Shown: piece by piece, positions 11,118 to 22,065 of the stretch
Position numbering within the stretch: the first letter of the stretch is position 1
Layout: each line of letters starts with the position of its first letter
Virus record (IMG/VR): IMGVR_UViG_3300008111_000027
Location: 62,001-125,300 of that record
Length of the DNA stretch: 63,300 bases
From: an uncultured virus (IMG/VR IMGVR_UViG_3300008111_000027)
Taxonomy: Duplodnaviria > Heunggongvirae > Uroviricota > Caudoviricetes
Reading direction: 5' to 3' (one strand)
Position numbers and translations under genes: made by a program
The notes under the pieces: generated by a model
Database searches by the model: none
Told to the model about the DNA's origin: nothing
The model's input: only the letters and a program-made list of their open reading frames with translations

Positions 11118-12338
11118 ATGTCAAAAATTAGAATTTTAGCAATACCCCCCGATACACATGGTGTGGGTAAATATAGAATATTAGACCCATATAAATTTAT
11201 TGGAGACCATTATGCCGACGAATTTCATGTCGACATTGCATTATCTGTTGAAAACAGTGATAATTTTTTTAAGAACTACGATATTGTAGTATTCCATAGT
11301 TTTATCCATCAAACAAGTCACGAAGAAAATATTTCAAGAATTAAGTGGTTAAAATCCCAAGGTATTAAAATCGTAATGGATATTGATGACCATTGGTCTC
11401 CCGACCATAGACACCCAATGTATTTTCACATTAGAGAAAACGAGTTACCGAAGAAAAAAGCCGACATGATGAAAGAGTCGGACTACGTTACGTGTACGAC
11501 CGAATATTTTGCTGAAACTTTAAGAAAAAGATTAAATTTAAAAAATGTTTTAGTATTCCCCAATGCAATTGACCCGAATGAAAGTCAATTCCAACCTAAA
11601 CCCACAGAGTCAGATAGACTTAGATTTGGGTGGCTTGGAGGTTCAACTCACTTACATGATTTAGAACAAATTAGAGGTGGAATTTCAATGATTGCTAATC
11701 AATACGATAATATTCAATTTGTTTTGTGTGGTTACGATTTAAGGGGTTCAATCACGGAAGTAAATCCACAAACAGGCGAAAGAAAAACAAGACAAATTCA
11801 ACCCACCGAAACGGTTTGGTACAAATACGAACAAATATTTACGGACAATTACAAAACAGTTGACCCCGAGTATAAATCATATTTAATGAATTTTACACAA
11901 ACACCAGAAATTGACGTTAGTGATAAAAAATATAGAAGAGTTTGGACACAACCAATTGGTAGATATGGTTCTAATTATAACTTATTTGATGTATCTTTAG
12001 CACCAATCATACCATCAGAATTCAATTCCTGTAAATCACAATTAAAAATAATTGAGGCGGGCTTCCATAAAAAACCTATCATTGCAAGTGAAACAATGCC
12101 GTATACAATTGATTTAAAAACTGCATACAAAGAAGGTAAGTTATTAGATGACGGTAATGCTTTATTAGTACATGAAAACAAAAACCATAAACTGTGGTCA
12201 AAGTATATGAAATTATTAATAGACAATCCAAATATGGTTGAAGACTTGGGTAATAGATTATACGAAACAGTGAAAGACAAATACTCTTTAGTAACAGTTT
12301 CAAAAAACAGAACAGAATTTTTCAAATCAATAATTTAA
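11118..12338 (+). CDS. glycosyltransferase (GT-B, GT4-like)
   Basis: MDIDD, GWLGGSTH, DVSLAPI...FNSCKSQLKIIEAG. Confidence 0.85.
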   Translation: MSKIRILAIPPDTHGVGKYRILDPYKFIGDHYADEFHVDIALSVENSDNFFKNYDIVVFHSFIHQTSHEENISRIKWLKSQGIKIVMDIDDHWSPDHRHPMYFHIRENELPKKKADMMKESDYVTCTTEYFAETLRKRLNLKNVLVFPNAIDPNESQFQPKPTESDRLRFGWLGGSTHLHDLEQIRGGISMIANQYDNIQFVLCGYDLRGSITEVNPQTGERKTRQIQPTETVWYKYEQIFTDNYKTVDPEYKSYLMNFTQTPEIDVSDKKYRRVWTQPIGRYGSNYNLFDVSLAPIIPSEFNSCKSQLKIIEAGFHKKPIIASETMPYTIDLKTAYKEGKLLDDGNALLVHENKNHKLWSKYMKLLIDNPNMVEDLGNRLYETVKDKYSLVTVSKNRTEFFKSII

Positions 12339-12350
12339 AAACAAAAAACC

Positions 12351-12584
12351 ATGCATTATTTAGTAACAGTAGGTTATGAAACCGAAAATTTAGACAGAAA
12401 CGGTAATCCAAGATTACAAAAAGTTAAGTACATTGTAGAAGCTGAGTCGGTTGAAGAAGCGACTTTGGTTGTTTCAAAGTACAGAGCCGGAGACATGAGG
12501 TCTTCAGAAAGTTTGGCGATTGTAAAGATGCCAATCGAATGTATTATTGACCCACAAAATACTCCTGAGTACTTTAAAAAATAA
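12351..12584 (+). CDS. small protein, DUF4494-like
   Basis: V.YE...NG..QKVKYIVEAESVEEA. Confidence 0.5.
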   Translation: MHYLVTVGYETENLDRNGNPRLQKVKYIVEAESVEEATLVVSKYRAGDMRSSESLAIVKMPIECIIDPQNTPEYFKK

Positions 12585-12589
12585 TTAAA

Positions 12590-13156
12590 ATGTTAACCGC
12601 AGAACAAATAGAGTCAAACAAGAAAAAGTTTCTTGAAACGAACTCAAAATATAAAATTTTTACAGAAGAGTTGTTAGACTTTTTGGGTAATGACTTTTTT
12701 TTAGCACCAGCATCCACATCTTTAGACATGTATGGGTGTTTTCCGGGTGGTCTATTAAGTCATTGTTTTAAAGCTGCGAAGTATTCGGTTAAAACCAATG
12801 AACTACTCCCTGAAACAATGAGGGTAGAAACTTCTTCTATTTTGAAGTGTATATTTTTATCACAGATTGGTAAAACTTTTATGTTTAAACCAAACCCAAG
12901 TGAATGGCATAGAAAAAACCTTGGTAAAATGTACGAATTCAATGAACAAGAAGTTTCAATGAAATCAGGAGAACGAGCAGTATATTATGCGGTAAACAAT
13001 GGAGTAAAATTATCAGAAGATGAATTTCAATCAATTATGAATTCAGATAAAGAATCTGATGATAAAATGGCGAAATATCGTTCGGGTACTTTATCCAACG
13101 TAATAAGAATCGGTTTTGAACTATCAATCATAGAAGAAAAAAATGGACAAAAATGA
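12590..13156 (+). CDS. HD-fold (YhaM-like) protein with degenerate metal site
   Basis: APAS...GGLLSH, but LSQIGK in place of LHDIGK. Confidence 0.6.
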   Translation: MLTAEQIESNKKKFLETNSKYKIFTEELLDFLGNDFFLAPASTSLDMYGCFPGGLLSHCFKAAKYSVKTNELLPETMRVETSSILKCIFLSQIGKTFMFKPNPSEWHRKNLGKMYEFNEQEVSMKSGERAVYYAVNNGVKLSEDEFQSIMNSDKESDDKMAKYRSGTLSNVIRIGFELSIIEEKNGQK

Positions 13157-13748
13157 AATTGAGTCGTATATCAAACGACTACAAGAATTAGAAAAAGAAA
13201 TCCTTAGTGATAATTCTGACGACACATCAATTATGGGAGATTTAAATAATTTATTATTTAATCTCGGTGATGATATTAAAAATCAAGTTGAGGAACAGGT
13301 TAATCGTTTTGAAGTTAAAGTTAAAAGATTACATCCGAAAGCGGTAATTCCCAAATACGCAAAAGATGGGGACGCTGGTATGGATTTGGTTGCAACAGAA
13401 ATAATTTCAAATACCACATTTGATGTTACTTATGGTACAGGAATCGCCATGGAAATACCAAAAGGATACGTTGGTTTAGTTTTTCCTCGCTCTTCTATTA
13501 GAAAAACCGATTTATCACTTACAAATTGTGTTGGGGTTATTGACAGTGGATATAGAGGTGAAATCCAAGCAACATTTAAAAAAGTCTTTGGTAAAAACGA
13601 TGTCAGATTAGATGAATTAGATTATAAAGTGGGTGATAGAATTGCTCAAATAATGATAATACCTTATCCTTCTGTAACCTTTGTAGAGGTGGACGAATTG
13701 TCTCAAACAGATAGGGGTGAAGGTGGATTTGGTTCTACAGGTTCATAA
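13143..13748 (+). CDS. dut: dUTPase (trimeric) with N-terminal extension
   Basis: DAGMDL, PRSS, GVIDSGYRGE, RIAQ, RGEGGFGSTG. Confidence 0.95.
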   Translation: MDKNEIESYIKRLQELEKEILSDNSDDTSIMGDLNNLLFNLGDDIKNQVEEQVNRFEVKVKRLHPKAVIPKYAKDGDAGMDLVATEIISNTTFDVTYGTGIAMEIPKGYVGLVFPRSSIRKTDLSLTNCVGVIDSGYRGEIQATFKKVFGKNDVRLDELDYKVGDRIAQIMIIPYPSVTFVEVDELSQTDRGEGGFGSTGS

Positions 13749-13774
13749 TAATTATATTAATAAAAAACACTCAA

Positions 13775-14491
13775 TTGAGAAAATCAACAACAAAAACCGT
13801 AAATCTTGTAGAAGATAAAAAAACACCTAAAAAAGATAGAATTAGGCAAATAATAAAACAACCTAAAGAAAAATTTCTAACCAAGAATCAAGAAGACTAT
13901 TGGAGAACTTTAGGTGAAAACGAAATAACACTTTGTTTTGGTCCTGCTGGTGTTGGTAAATCATATATTGCAATGAAAAGGGCTGTTGATTTACTTTGGG
14001 ACGACAGTAATAAATACGAAAAAATTATCATTGTTAGACCAGCGGTTGAAGCTGAGGAAAAATTAGGTTCACTACCCGGTGGATTAGAAGAAAAACTTGA
14101 CCCATACATCTATCCTTCATATTATTTACTAAATAAAATAATTGGTAAAGATGCTAGAGAAAAATTAAAGGATGAAGGATTTATTGAAATTGCCGCATTG
14201 GCTTATATGAGAGGTTGGAATGTTGACAACACAATTTTAGTATTCGAAGAAGCTCAAAACACAACCCCGTCACAAATGAAACTTTTATTGACCCGTATTG
14301 GGTTCAATTCAAAGTTTTTTATTTCAGGAGATTTAGAACAATCAGACAAATTTAAAGACAAAACAAAAACCGGATTATACGACGCAAAAGTAAGACTTGG
14401 TGATTTAAAAAATGTCGGTGTATTTGAATTTGGTAATGAGGATATTGTTAGAAATCCAATCATCACTCAAATCTTAAAAAGGTACGATTAA
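13775..14491 (+). CDS. phoH: PhoH-family ATPase
   Basis: GPAGVGKS, RPAVE, LG.LPG, YMRG, EEAQN, GD..QSD, DIVRNP; TTG start. Confidence 0.92.
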   Translation: MRKSTTKTVNLVEDKKTPKKDRIRQIIKQPKEKFLTKNQEDYWRTLGENEITLCFGPAGVGKSYIAMKRAVDLLWDDSNKYEKIIIVRPAVEAEEKLGSLPGGLEEKLDPYIYPSYYLLNKIIGKDAREKLKDEGFIEIAALAYMRGWNVDNTILVFEEAQNTTPSQMKLLLTRIGFNSKFFISGDLEQSDKFKDKTKTGLYDAKVRLGDLKNVGVFEFGNEDIVRNPIITQILKRYD

Positions 14492-14528
14492 ACTTTACTT
14501 ATAATATTTTATCTATTATATTTCCTAT

Positions 14529-15209
14529 ATGGAAATATTTGTTAGTATTGATGGTGTTTTAAGAAACACGATACAGAAATTTGATTACCATTATAAAGAT
14601 TATTTCTTAAACACTGAAACAGACGAAGAAGAAAAGTTTGATTATGGTGTAAATGGTGTACCAATATCTATTGAAAATTTGTTAAGTACCTACAAGTTTC
14701 AATCAATCGATGAATTTAATAAATTTTTATATTTCGATTTCCCAATTGAAATATATGGACACGCCGGTTTAAGTTATAATCAAGCCGCCACTGAATTAAA
14801 CACATTCATTTTTGAAAACAAAAATGCTAAAATAACTTTAGTTGGTTTAAGTGAAAAAGGTAAAGCAAAACCTGCCACACTTTTCTTTCTTTCAAAAAAC
14901 GGTATTATGGCTGATAATATCGTTTTTTCAACGCCTGATGAGATAAAAAAATTATGGAAAAAATGTGATTTATGGATAACAGATGATATAAATGTTGTTT
15001 CACAATGTCCAATACACAAAAAGGTTATAAAATTTAATACCTTTTATAATAATAACTTTACAAATAAACTACAAATAAATAAATTATCAGAAATAAATAA
15101 AACATGGTTGAAATTTTCGGTAAAAACTATTATATCGATGTTGATGGAATCAGTAACAAATGTCAAACGGGTAATCAAATCCAAAATGAAGACGGAACCA
15201 CAACATTAG
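14529..15209 (+). CDS. HAD-like 5'(3')-deoxyribonucleotidase-like protein
   Basis: I.IDGVLRN motif I (first Asp replaced by Ser), ITDD. Confidence 0.55.
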   Translation: MEIFVSIDGVLRNTIQKFDYHYKDYFLNTETDEEEKFDYGVNGVPISIENLLSTYKFQSIDEFNKFLYFDFPIEIYGHAGLSYNQAATELNTFIFENKNAKITLVGLSEKGKAKPATLFFLSKNGIMADNIVFSTPDEIKKLWKKCDLWITDDINVVSQCPIHKKVIKFNTFYNNNFTNKLQINKLSEINKTWLKFSVKTIISMLMESVTNVKRVIKSKMKTEPQH

Positions 15210-15385
15210 AAATAAACCTATTCAAATATGAGATTATCAAAACTTGTATTGAAAGAATACTAAATGAGTTTGAAGAAGTGGATGAAGGATTAGGTGAATT
15301 CGGTGAAAACGGTTTATCAATATCTTTTAAAATTGCTTTTAACACACTAATAAAATATGACATATTAATATCAGAAGATGAATAA
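15104..15385 (+). CDS. hypothetical protein
   Basis: ORF, overlaps the previous gene, coupled to the next. Confidence 0.65.
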   Translation: MVEIFGKNYYIDVDGISNKCQTGNQIQNEDGTTTLEINLFKYEIIKTCIERILNEFEEVDEGLGEFGENGLSISFKIAFNTLIKYDILISEDE

Positions 15386-16451
15386 CAAAGAAAACATAGA
15401 AAAATTATCGGTGGCTTTAGAAAAACTAAACACCAAAACTAACACCATATATTTTTTGGTGTACGATACCAAAAACAACCCAAGAGCGTCAGTAAAACAC
15501 ATTTACGACATTGCTTTAACTTTAAAGCAAAATGGGTATAATTCAAAATTACTTGTTGAAGATAAAACATATTCAGGGGTTAACTCTTGGTTAGGGGATA
15601 CATACTCTGAATTGGAAATCGTAACAATTAAAGACGACCGAGTTGAAATTAAAATTGAAGACGTTATTATTGTTCCCGAGTACTATTCAAATGTTTTGGA
15701 GTCCATGACAAATATTAGATGTGTAAAAGTCATGTTAGTTCAACAAAAAGAATACATTTTTGAAACATTACCAATTGGTAGTAGATGGTCTGACTACGGA
15801 TTTGATAGAGTAATCACAACTACTGAATTTTCTAAAAAATACATTAGTGAGGTTTTCCCTGAGTCTTTAGTGCATATTATTCCTCCAATTATTAGTGATG
15901 AATTTAAGGTTAGTGATAAAAACACAAAACCAATCATTGCAATAATGTGTAAAGACAGGTCAACAAATAAGAGAATTATATCTGAATTTTATATTAGATA
16001 CCCACATTTGAGATGGTTGACTTTTAGAGACATGGTTAATATGTCTTACCAAGAATTCGCCGATAACCTAAGAGAATGTGTTGTTTCGGTATGGGTAGAT
16101 GAAGATTCCACATTTGGAACCTTCCCGTTAGAATCGATGAAGTCAGGAGTACCTGTAATCGGTAAAATACCAAAGAACGAACCAGATTGGTTAAGTGAGA
16201 ATGGAATGTGGACATATGACGATTCAAAAATTGTTGAAATCCTTGGAACATATATCAACGCTTGGTTAGAGGGAGTTGAAATTAATGATGATGTCAAAAA
16301 GAAAATGAAAGACACATTGTTACCATATGAATCAGATATTACAAAAAGTAACATATTAAATATTTTTGATTCATTCATAAATAAAAGAATTGACGCAATA
16401 GAAAAGGCGTTAAATAAAATAAAAGAAGAAAATAAAGAAGAAGTAGCATGA
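15378..16451 (+). CDS. glycosyltransferase (GT-B)
   Basis: IIVPE, STFGTFPLESMKSGVPVIG. Confidence 0.8.
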   Translation: MNNKENIEKLSVALEKLNTKTNTIYFLVYDTKNNPRASVKHIYDIALTLKQNGYNSKLLVEDKTYSGVNSWLGDTYSELEIVTIKDDRVEIKIEDVIIVPEYYSNVLESMTNIRCVKVMLVQQKEYIFETLPIGSRWSDYGFDRVITTTEFSKKYISEVFPESLVHIIPPIISDEFKVSDKNTKPIIAIMCKDRSTNKRIISEFYIRYPHLRWLTFRDMVNMSYQEFADNLRECVVSVWVDEDSTFGTFPLESMKSGVPVIGKIPKNEPDWLSENGMWTYDDSKIVEILGTYINAWLEGVEINDDVKKKMKDTLLPYESDITKSNILNIFDSFINKRIDAIEKALNKIKEENKEEVA

Positions 16452-17227
16452 AAGACATATCAATAATTTTACCCATTCATAAATGGGACGAGGAATATGA
16501 AACAATGTTTAAAAACGCATTCAGTTCAGTTGAACAATTTTATAACGATGTGAAATTGTTGATTGTTGGACCATCAAGTGTCGTTTCAAAAATAAACATT
16601 GAACAATCTAATTTAGAATATAAAATAATCGAAAACAGTGGAGAACATGATTTTTGTTCACAAATTAATCTTGGTATCACAAATTGTGACACAGAGTGGT
16701 TTTCAATTTTGGAAGTTGATGATGAGTACCACAAAAACTGGTTAACATTAGTAAACTCATACAGAAATGAAAACCCTGAAGTCGGTGCCTTTTTAAGTTT
16801 AGTAAAAGATATCAATGTTGAAGGTAAATTTTTAAGTTACACCAATGAATCGACTTGGGCTTACGGATTCACAGATAAACAGGGATTCTTAGATAATGAA
16901 GCCTTATTAGAATATCAAAACTTTCAAATTAATGGTGGTCTATACAAAACTTCTGTTATAACGGAGTATGGTAAATTAAAATCAAATATTAAACTAACGT
17001 TTGGTTATGAATTTTTATTAAGATTAACACATAACAATGTTATTGTGATGACGATTCCAAGATTAGGATACCAACACGTAAACTTTAGAGAGGATTCTTT
17101 ATTTTGGAATTATAAAAATTCAGAGAAAATGAGACTCTCACAAGAAGAGGTTAAATTTTGGTTAGACACTGCAAAAAAAGAGTTTTTCTTTAAAAATAAC
17201 AGAGACATAAACTATGTAGAAAATTAA
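16448..17227 (+). CDS. glycosyltransferase family 2
   Basis: ISIILPIH, N.GI, WFSILEVDD. Confidence 0.8.
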   Translation: MKDISIILPIHKWDEEYETMFKNAFSSVEQFYNDVKLLIVGPSSVVSKINIEQSNLEYKIIENSGEHDFCSQINLGITNCDTEWFSILEVDDEYHKNWLTLVNSYRNENPEVGAFLSLVKDINVEGKFLSYTNESTWAYGFTDKQGFLDNEALLEYQNFQINGGLYKTSVITEYGKLKSNIKLTFGYEFLLRLTHNNVIVMTIPRLGYQHVNFREDSLFWNYKNSEKMRLSQEEVKFWLDTAKKEFFFKNNRDINYVEN

Positions 17228-17230
17228 TAT

Positions 17231-17929
17231 ATGCCGCGTAAACGAACCCAAAAAATATATTTTGGGGAGGAGCAAGAACAAGCGGTTGTAAGATACCTAG
17301 AATCCGAATCCGATACAGAAAAGAATAAGATATTCAACGAATATTTAAGAGAACCTCTCACAATAATGGTCGAAAGTATAATTCGACGTTATAAATTGTA
17401 TAGAAAAGACTTTGAATTTGTGGACATACACGCAGATACAATGTCGTTTCTTATGACAAAAATTAACAAATTCGACCACACCAAAAACCATAAAGCTTAT
17501 TCTTATTTTGGGACCATCTGTAAAAATTATTTGATGGGTGCTATTCAAAAAGACACTAAGGAAATGAATCGAAGTGTCTCATATGATGACATATCATCTG
17601 ATTTAGAAGAAAGTGCGGAACACTCATACTCAATTGATGAATATCATATTGATTATAAAGATGTTATAATAAAATTTATAATTGAATTGGAAACTTTTAT
17701 GGAGGTCGAAGAGTTGAATGATAATGAACAAAAATTAGGATATGCATTGATTGAGATTTTTAGCAACTTTGAAAAAATATTTCAAGTGGGTGAGGGAAAT
17801 AAATTCAATAAAAATTTAATTCTTTTGTCACTAAGAGAAATGACTTCATTATCCACAAAAGAAATTAGACTTTCTTTAAAGAGATATAAAAAAGTTTACG
17901 AAGGAATCATGGTAGGATTCATAAATTAA
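17231..17929 (+). CDS. phage sigma factor, T4 gp55-like (late)
   Basis: IYF..E, KFD.....KAYSYFGTICKNYL resembles sigma region 2 of gp55. Confidence 0.65.
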   Translation: MPRKRTQKIYFGEEQEQAVVRYLESESDTEKNKIFNEYLREPLTIMVESIIRRYKLYRKDFEFVDIHADTMSFLMTKINKFDHTKNHKAYSYFGTICKNYLMGAIQKDTKEMNRSVSYDDISSDLEESAEHSYSIDEYHIDYKDVIIKFIIELETFMEVEELNDNEQKLGYALIEIFSNFEKIFQVGEGNKFNKNLILLSLREMTSLSTKEIRLSLKRYKKVYEGIMVGFIN

Positions 17930-17950
17930 CTATTTCTCTATTTATATATT

Positions 17951-18325
17951 ATGAGGGAAAAGAAAAACATAATATCATTAGACACCGACTCAGCATTGGC
18001 ATTAATGCAAGAAATCTACAATGATATTGTTGAACAGAAAAATACCGCGTCGATGATAACTAAAAAAATGTTAACATTTATGAAAGACGCTGAAGACATG
18101 AGTGTTATTGGTCCCGTCATTAAAGAACAACAAAAAATACTAAACGATTGTACTGAAAAGAAGATTTCGTTAGTTAAACTCCAAGGTGCTTTATTAAAAC
18201 AAACTCAAGGAAGTGGACCTAATTCAAGTGGAGGTAAATTACAACTTACTGATGAAGATAGGGTCATATTGGAAAAACTGATGAATGATACTGAGGGAGA
18301 GTCGTCAGGAACATATAGAGACTAA
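17951..18325 (+). CDS. hypothetical protein
   Basis: ORF after late-promoter motif 17939-17946. Confidence 0.7.
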   Translation: MREKKNIISLDTDSALALMQEIYNDIVEQKNTASMITKKMLTFMKDAEDMSVIGPVIKEQQKILNDCTEKKISLVKLQGALLKQTQGSGPNSSGGKLQLTDEDRVILEKLMNDTEGESSGTYRD

Positions 18326-20283
18326 TGGCTAATTCAAAAGAACCCAAAAAAAAACTTCAAGCTTCGATTGAGGCGATAAAAAAAATTAATGACGACCCAA
18401 AAGGTTCATTGGGTTCTGTTGCTGACTCTTATCAAAAAAACATACCGGACCCAAACGAGTTATTTTCTAAAAAAAGTGCGGACTTAAAAAACAAATTAAA
18501 ATCCAAGGTAGAAAATAATAAAGACATCTTTAAAGAATTGTTAGAAATTACAGAACAATTTATTACCAGTAACAAAAAAACAAAAACCGATACTACACCA
18601 ACAAAAAGTGACAGTGTACCTGTCAACGTTGATAAGAATCTTGTAAAAGGAAAAATAAAACGTTATGCGGTTTCTTCCGCAAAAACAACTTTACAATCTG
18701 CAAAACAAATAGCAATTAAACACTTTTCTGAAGCTCTTTTTATGGGTGATGGAATTTGTGGCAGTCAGTCTGTTTTTAACATAGATTCAATAGTTTTAAA
18801 ACCCGATGAATTTGACTTTTTAGATATTTTTACAATTGACCCCGATTCAGATTGTGGTCAATTAATTTATGAGAAAAAGTCACCGGATAAAAACAAACAA
18901 AAGGCGAATAGAAAATTTTATGATTTAATGTCTTCAGGAGGTTTATACACTTACTCATCAAACAATGGTAAAAACCTATTTAGTACTCAATGGAGTGCTT
19001 CAACACAACAATTTTTAATCACAGGATTAACTCAAGGTACAACGGGTACAACCAAAGTACAAGACTTCATCAAAGATTATTATGAGTCTTTGGAATTTCC
19101 TGATATTGAAGATATTATGAAGACCGCTATGATGTTAACTATACAAGGTGGTTCAAGTTGTAGTGACTCAAGTAAATTTACTGTATCATTAAATAAATCT
19201 CTAAGACTAATTGATAAATTATTCAAAGTGTGTGGTTCAAATACTCAAAAAGATGAGTTAAAGAATCAGACACCGGTTGATATGTTTAGTGAAAACGACC
19301 AAGATATTGAATTTTATTTTGATTTCGACGATGTAGAAGGTATTGACTTAGATGACGAACAAAATAGATTTAAAAGAGTATTAAGGTTTAAAGACTGTTA
19401 TAATTTTGAAATTCCTGTGGATGATATGCACGTGGAAGATTTCATTTACTTAACAAACAATCAGAGTGTAGATAAAGCGGTTGATAAAACTTTAGAAAAT
19501 TTATCCAAAGACGCTTTATCACAATCTGATTCTTCTTTTGATATTAGTGCATTTTTAAATAACCTATTAAACAATTTTATTATAAGTTTACCGAAGGCTT
19601 TGGTAATGTCAATTTTATCGGCTAAAATATTTTTACCAATTATAGTATTGTATAAAATATTTAAAACCGGATTGACTAATGTGTATTTAAATAGTAAAGA
19701 ACTAGCCAAGAAATTCTACAAAGCTATAGGTGCAATAATTAAAGATTTATTTTGGTTATTTATAAGAGAATTTTGGAGATTGATAAAAGTAGATTTATTG
19801 GCTTTTATTCAAAGTATTGTACAAAGAATTATTAAAAATAAGTATAAAAGATATCTACTAATTATTACATCATTAATTGCGTTATTGAGAAAAGCTTTAG
19901 AAACAGAAATTAATAATTGTTATGACTTGTTTCAAACAATTTTGTCAACAATTGAAGCTGCGTTATCACAAAAAGCACCAATAACAATACCGTCAATTCT
20001 TTTATTATTCTCAGATTCATTACCCGGATTTAGTCAAGACAGGGCGTTTATGAACATTATGAATAAACTAGAAGCTGCGGGAGTACCAACAGGGCCACTA
20101 TATGGTGAATCAAATGACATAGGTAATTTGGTAAAATCTGTTGTTGATGGGTACACCGAAGAAGAAGACGCTAATTCATTTGTAAAAATTGTATTAAAAG
20201 GTGGGACGTTACCCGGACCGCCACTTGCAGGGGGGGCGGTAATACCACCTGGTTTTATAACGGGCGTAGGTAAAAAACAATAA
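18325..20283 (+). CDS. hypothetical (likely virion) protein with hydrophobic helical C-half
   Basis: 652-aa ORF in late operon. Confidence 0.65.
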   Translation: MANSKEPKKKLQASIEAIKKINDDPKGSLGSVADSYQKNIPDPNELFSKKSADLKNKLKSKVENNKDIFKELLEITEQFITSNKKTKTDTTPTKSDSVPVNVDKNLVKGKIKRYAVSSAKTTLQSAKQIAIKHFSEALFMGDGICGSQSVFNIDSIVLKPDEFDFLDIFTIDPDSDCGQLIYEKKSPDKNKQKANRKFYDLMSSGGLYTYSSNNGKNLFSTQWSASTQQFLITGLTQGTTGTTKVQDFIKDYYESLEFPDIEDIMKTAMMLTIQGGSSCSDSSKFTVSLNKSLRLIDKLFKVCGSNTQKDELKNQTPVDMFSENDQDIEFYFDFDDVEGIDLDDEQNRFKRVLRFKDCYNFEIPVDDMHVEDFIYLTNNQSVDKAVDKTLENLSKDALSQSDSSFDISAFLNNLLNNFIISLPKALVMSILSAKIFLPIIVLYKIFKTGLTNVYLNSKELAKKFYKAIGAIIKDLFWLFIREFWRLIKVDLLAFIQSIVQRIIKNKYKRYLLIITSLIALLRKALETEINNCYDLFQTILSTIEAALSQKAPITIPSILLLFSDSLPGFSQDRAFMNIMNKLEAAGVPTGPLYGESNDIGNLVKSVVDGYTEEEDANSFVKIVLKGGTLPGPPLAGGAVIPPGFITGVGKKQ

Positions 20284-20284
20284 T

Positions 20285-20482
20285 ATGAATATTGAAAAAT
20301 TACAAAACATTGTAGAAAATGCTAAAGATAAATCAAATAAAGATTTATTTGATGCTGAGGAGTTTCTTTTTAAACAACACGAGGAATTAAAATTATACAT
20401 CGTTGAATTGACAAAAAAATTAGAGTTTATTGAGAATCTACATGAAACGATAACAACAGAGATTGAAAATAGAAAAATATAA
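20285..20482 (+). CDS. hypothetical coiled-coil protein
   Basis: ORF coupled on both sides. Confidence 0.6.
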   Translation: MNIEKLQNIVENAKDKSNKDLFDAEEFLFKQHEELKLYIVELTKKLEFIENLHETITTEIENRKI

Positions 20483-22041
20483 TGAAAATAGTTGACATTG
20501 GTGTTTGTTTAGATAATAACGACCCTAAAGGGTTAGGTAGAATTCGTGTAGTTGATTATGATGATTATATTGGTGGTAAATCAAACATTAAAGAGGGTAT
20601 ACAACATTGGAGTAAGGATGACCCTTTTGTTGCTGCACCATTTTTACCTAACAACATAAATTTTATACCTGAATTTAAACAAGCGGTAAAAATAATTCGT
20701 TATGATACGAATAAAACAACAGTAAACCAAGAATACATCGCTGGACCATTCTCAACAAGGTACGATTTTAATTCTCAAGAATTTAACACCCAAATATCTT
20801 TAACATCATATGGTGTATCTGTGGAGGATAAAGTGGATATTATAAAAAATGAAGAAGGTACACTACCCGAAAATTGTAAAAATGCATTATCAAAATATAA
20901 AGACTACTCTGTTGGTGGAAAATACGGCTCTGATGCTCTATTCACACAAGACGGATTAGTGTTAAGAGGTGGTAAATTAGTTCAAAAGGATGTTACCAGT
21001 GACCAAAACAGAGAACTCCTAACAAAAGGATTTCCGATTGTTTCCGATAAAGTTGCAAAACTTCATTTAAAAAAATTCGGACCAAAACAATTTGTAACAG
21101 AAGAGACAAAAAAAGAAAGTATCACTGAAAATTCAAATTTAAAATTCATAATAGAATACGATGTTGATAATCTTTCAAATCCAAACTATGTAAATTTTTA
21201 TTTGTACCAAATAAAACCAAATGTAACAAAAAAGTACAATTCAAGTAACTTTACTGAATCAACACAAATATTGGCTGGTGAATCCGTATTTTTATACGAG
21301 TCGGGTAACACATATACTTTTAGAAGTGAGTTAAACACAATAACAGATTATAGTGGGTCAACATTAACAAATAAAATAAAATTAATTTACCAAGAAATTA
21401 GAAACAAATTAACTCAAATTCAAAGTAATGGATTTAATGGTATTGTTTCATTTAAAATTTTGACTGATTTAATAGTTACACAATCAGATTCTAACATCTA
21501 TCCGTTTTTTTATAGACCAACAAGTGAATTTGAAAACCGAAGTGTTACTACAACAGAACAATCTGATAGATTAACGTTATTTAATAACATTAAATTACCG
21601 GGTTCAACATCTAAATCTAGTTTGGTTTATAGTAAAGACAAAGTAAATCCTAACACAAGAACAGTAGACAGAACGGTAAAAGTTTTAAAAACAGATACCA
21701 CGTCTTTTGAACAAACTTTTGGAAATATAACCGCGGATAAAATTTATTTACTTTCAACGGATACCAATTTTACTGATAAGAAAATTGATTTCCCTGTTTT
21801 AAACACTTATGAATATGAACAGTCTGATTATATTGAAAAGATAGAACCAAACACATATTCTTTAGTTAGAGGTGAAATACTATTAGATTTTATTGACGCT
21901 CTTTACAATGTTTTAACTGGTCATGTTCACAATATCAATAAAGAGTATGTTAAAAATGGATACTCTGACCACGCAAAATTGGAAATACTATATAATAAAT
22001 TAAGGGATGAGTTAACAAATAAATCTATTAAAATCAACTAA
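20482..22041 (+). CDS. baseplate hub/spike protein (gp5/VgrG OB-fold)
   Basis: DNNDPKGLGRIRV N-terminus; C-terminal HVH motif. Confidence 0.65.
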   Translation: MKIVDIGVCLDNNDPKGLGRIRVVDYDDYIGGKSNIKEGIQHWSKDDPFVAAPFLPNNINFIPEFKQAVKIIRYDTNKTTVNQEYIAGPFSTRYDFNSQEFNTQISLTSYGVSVEDKVDIIKNEEGTLPENCKNALSKYKDYSVGGKYGSDALFTQDGLVLRGGKLVQKDVTSDQNRELLTKGFPIVSDKVAKLHLKKFGPKQFVTEETKKESITENSNLKFIIEYDVDNLSNPNYVNFYLYQIKPNVTKKYNSSNFTESTQILAGESVFLYESGNTYTFRSELNTITDYSGSTLTNKIKLIYQEIRNKLTQIQSNGFNGIVSFKILTDLIVTQSDSNIYPFFYRPTSEFENRSVTTTEQSDRLTLFNNIKLPGSTSKSSLVYSKDKVNPNTRTVDRTVKVLKTDTTSFEQTFGNITADKIYLLSTDTNFTDKKIDFPVLNTYEYEQSDYIEKIEPNTYSLVRGEILLDFIDALYNVLTGHVHNINKEYVKNGYSDHAKLEILYNKLRDELTNKSIKIN

Positions 22042-22065
22042 AACGATATTTATACTATAAAAGGA

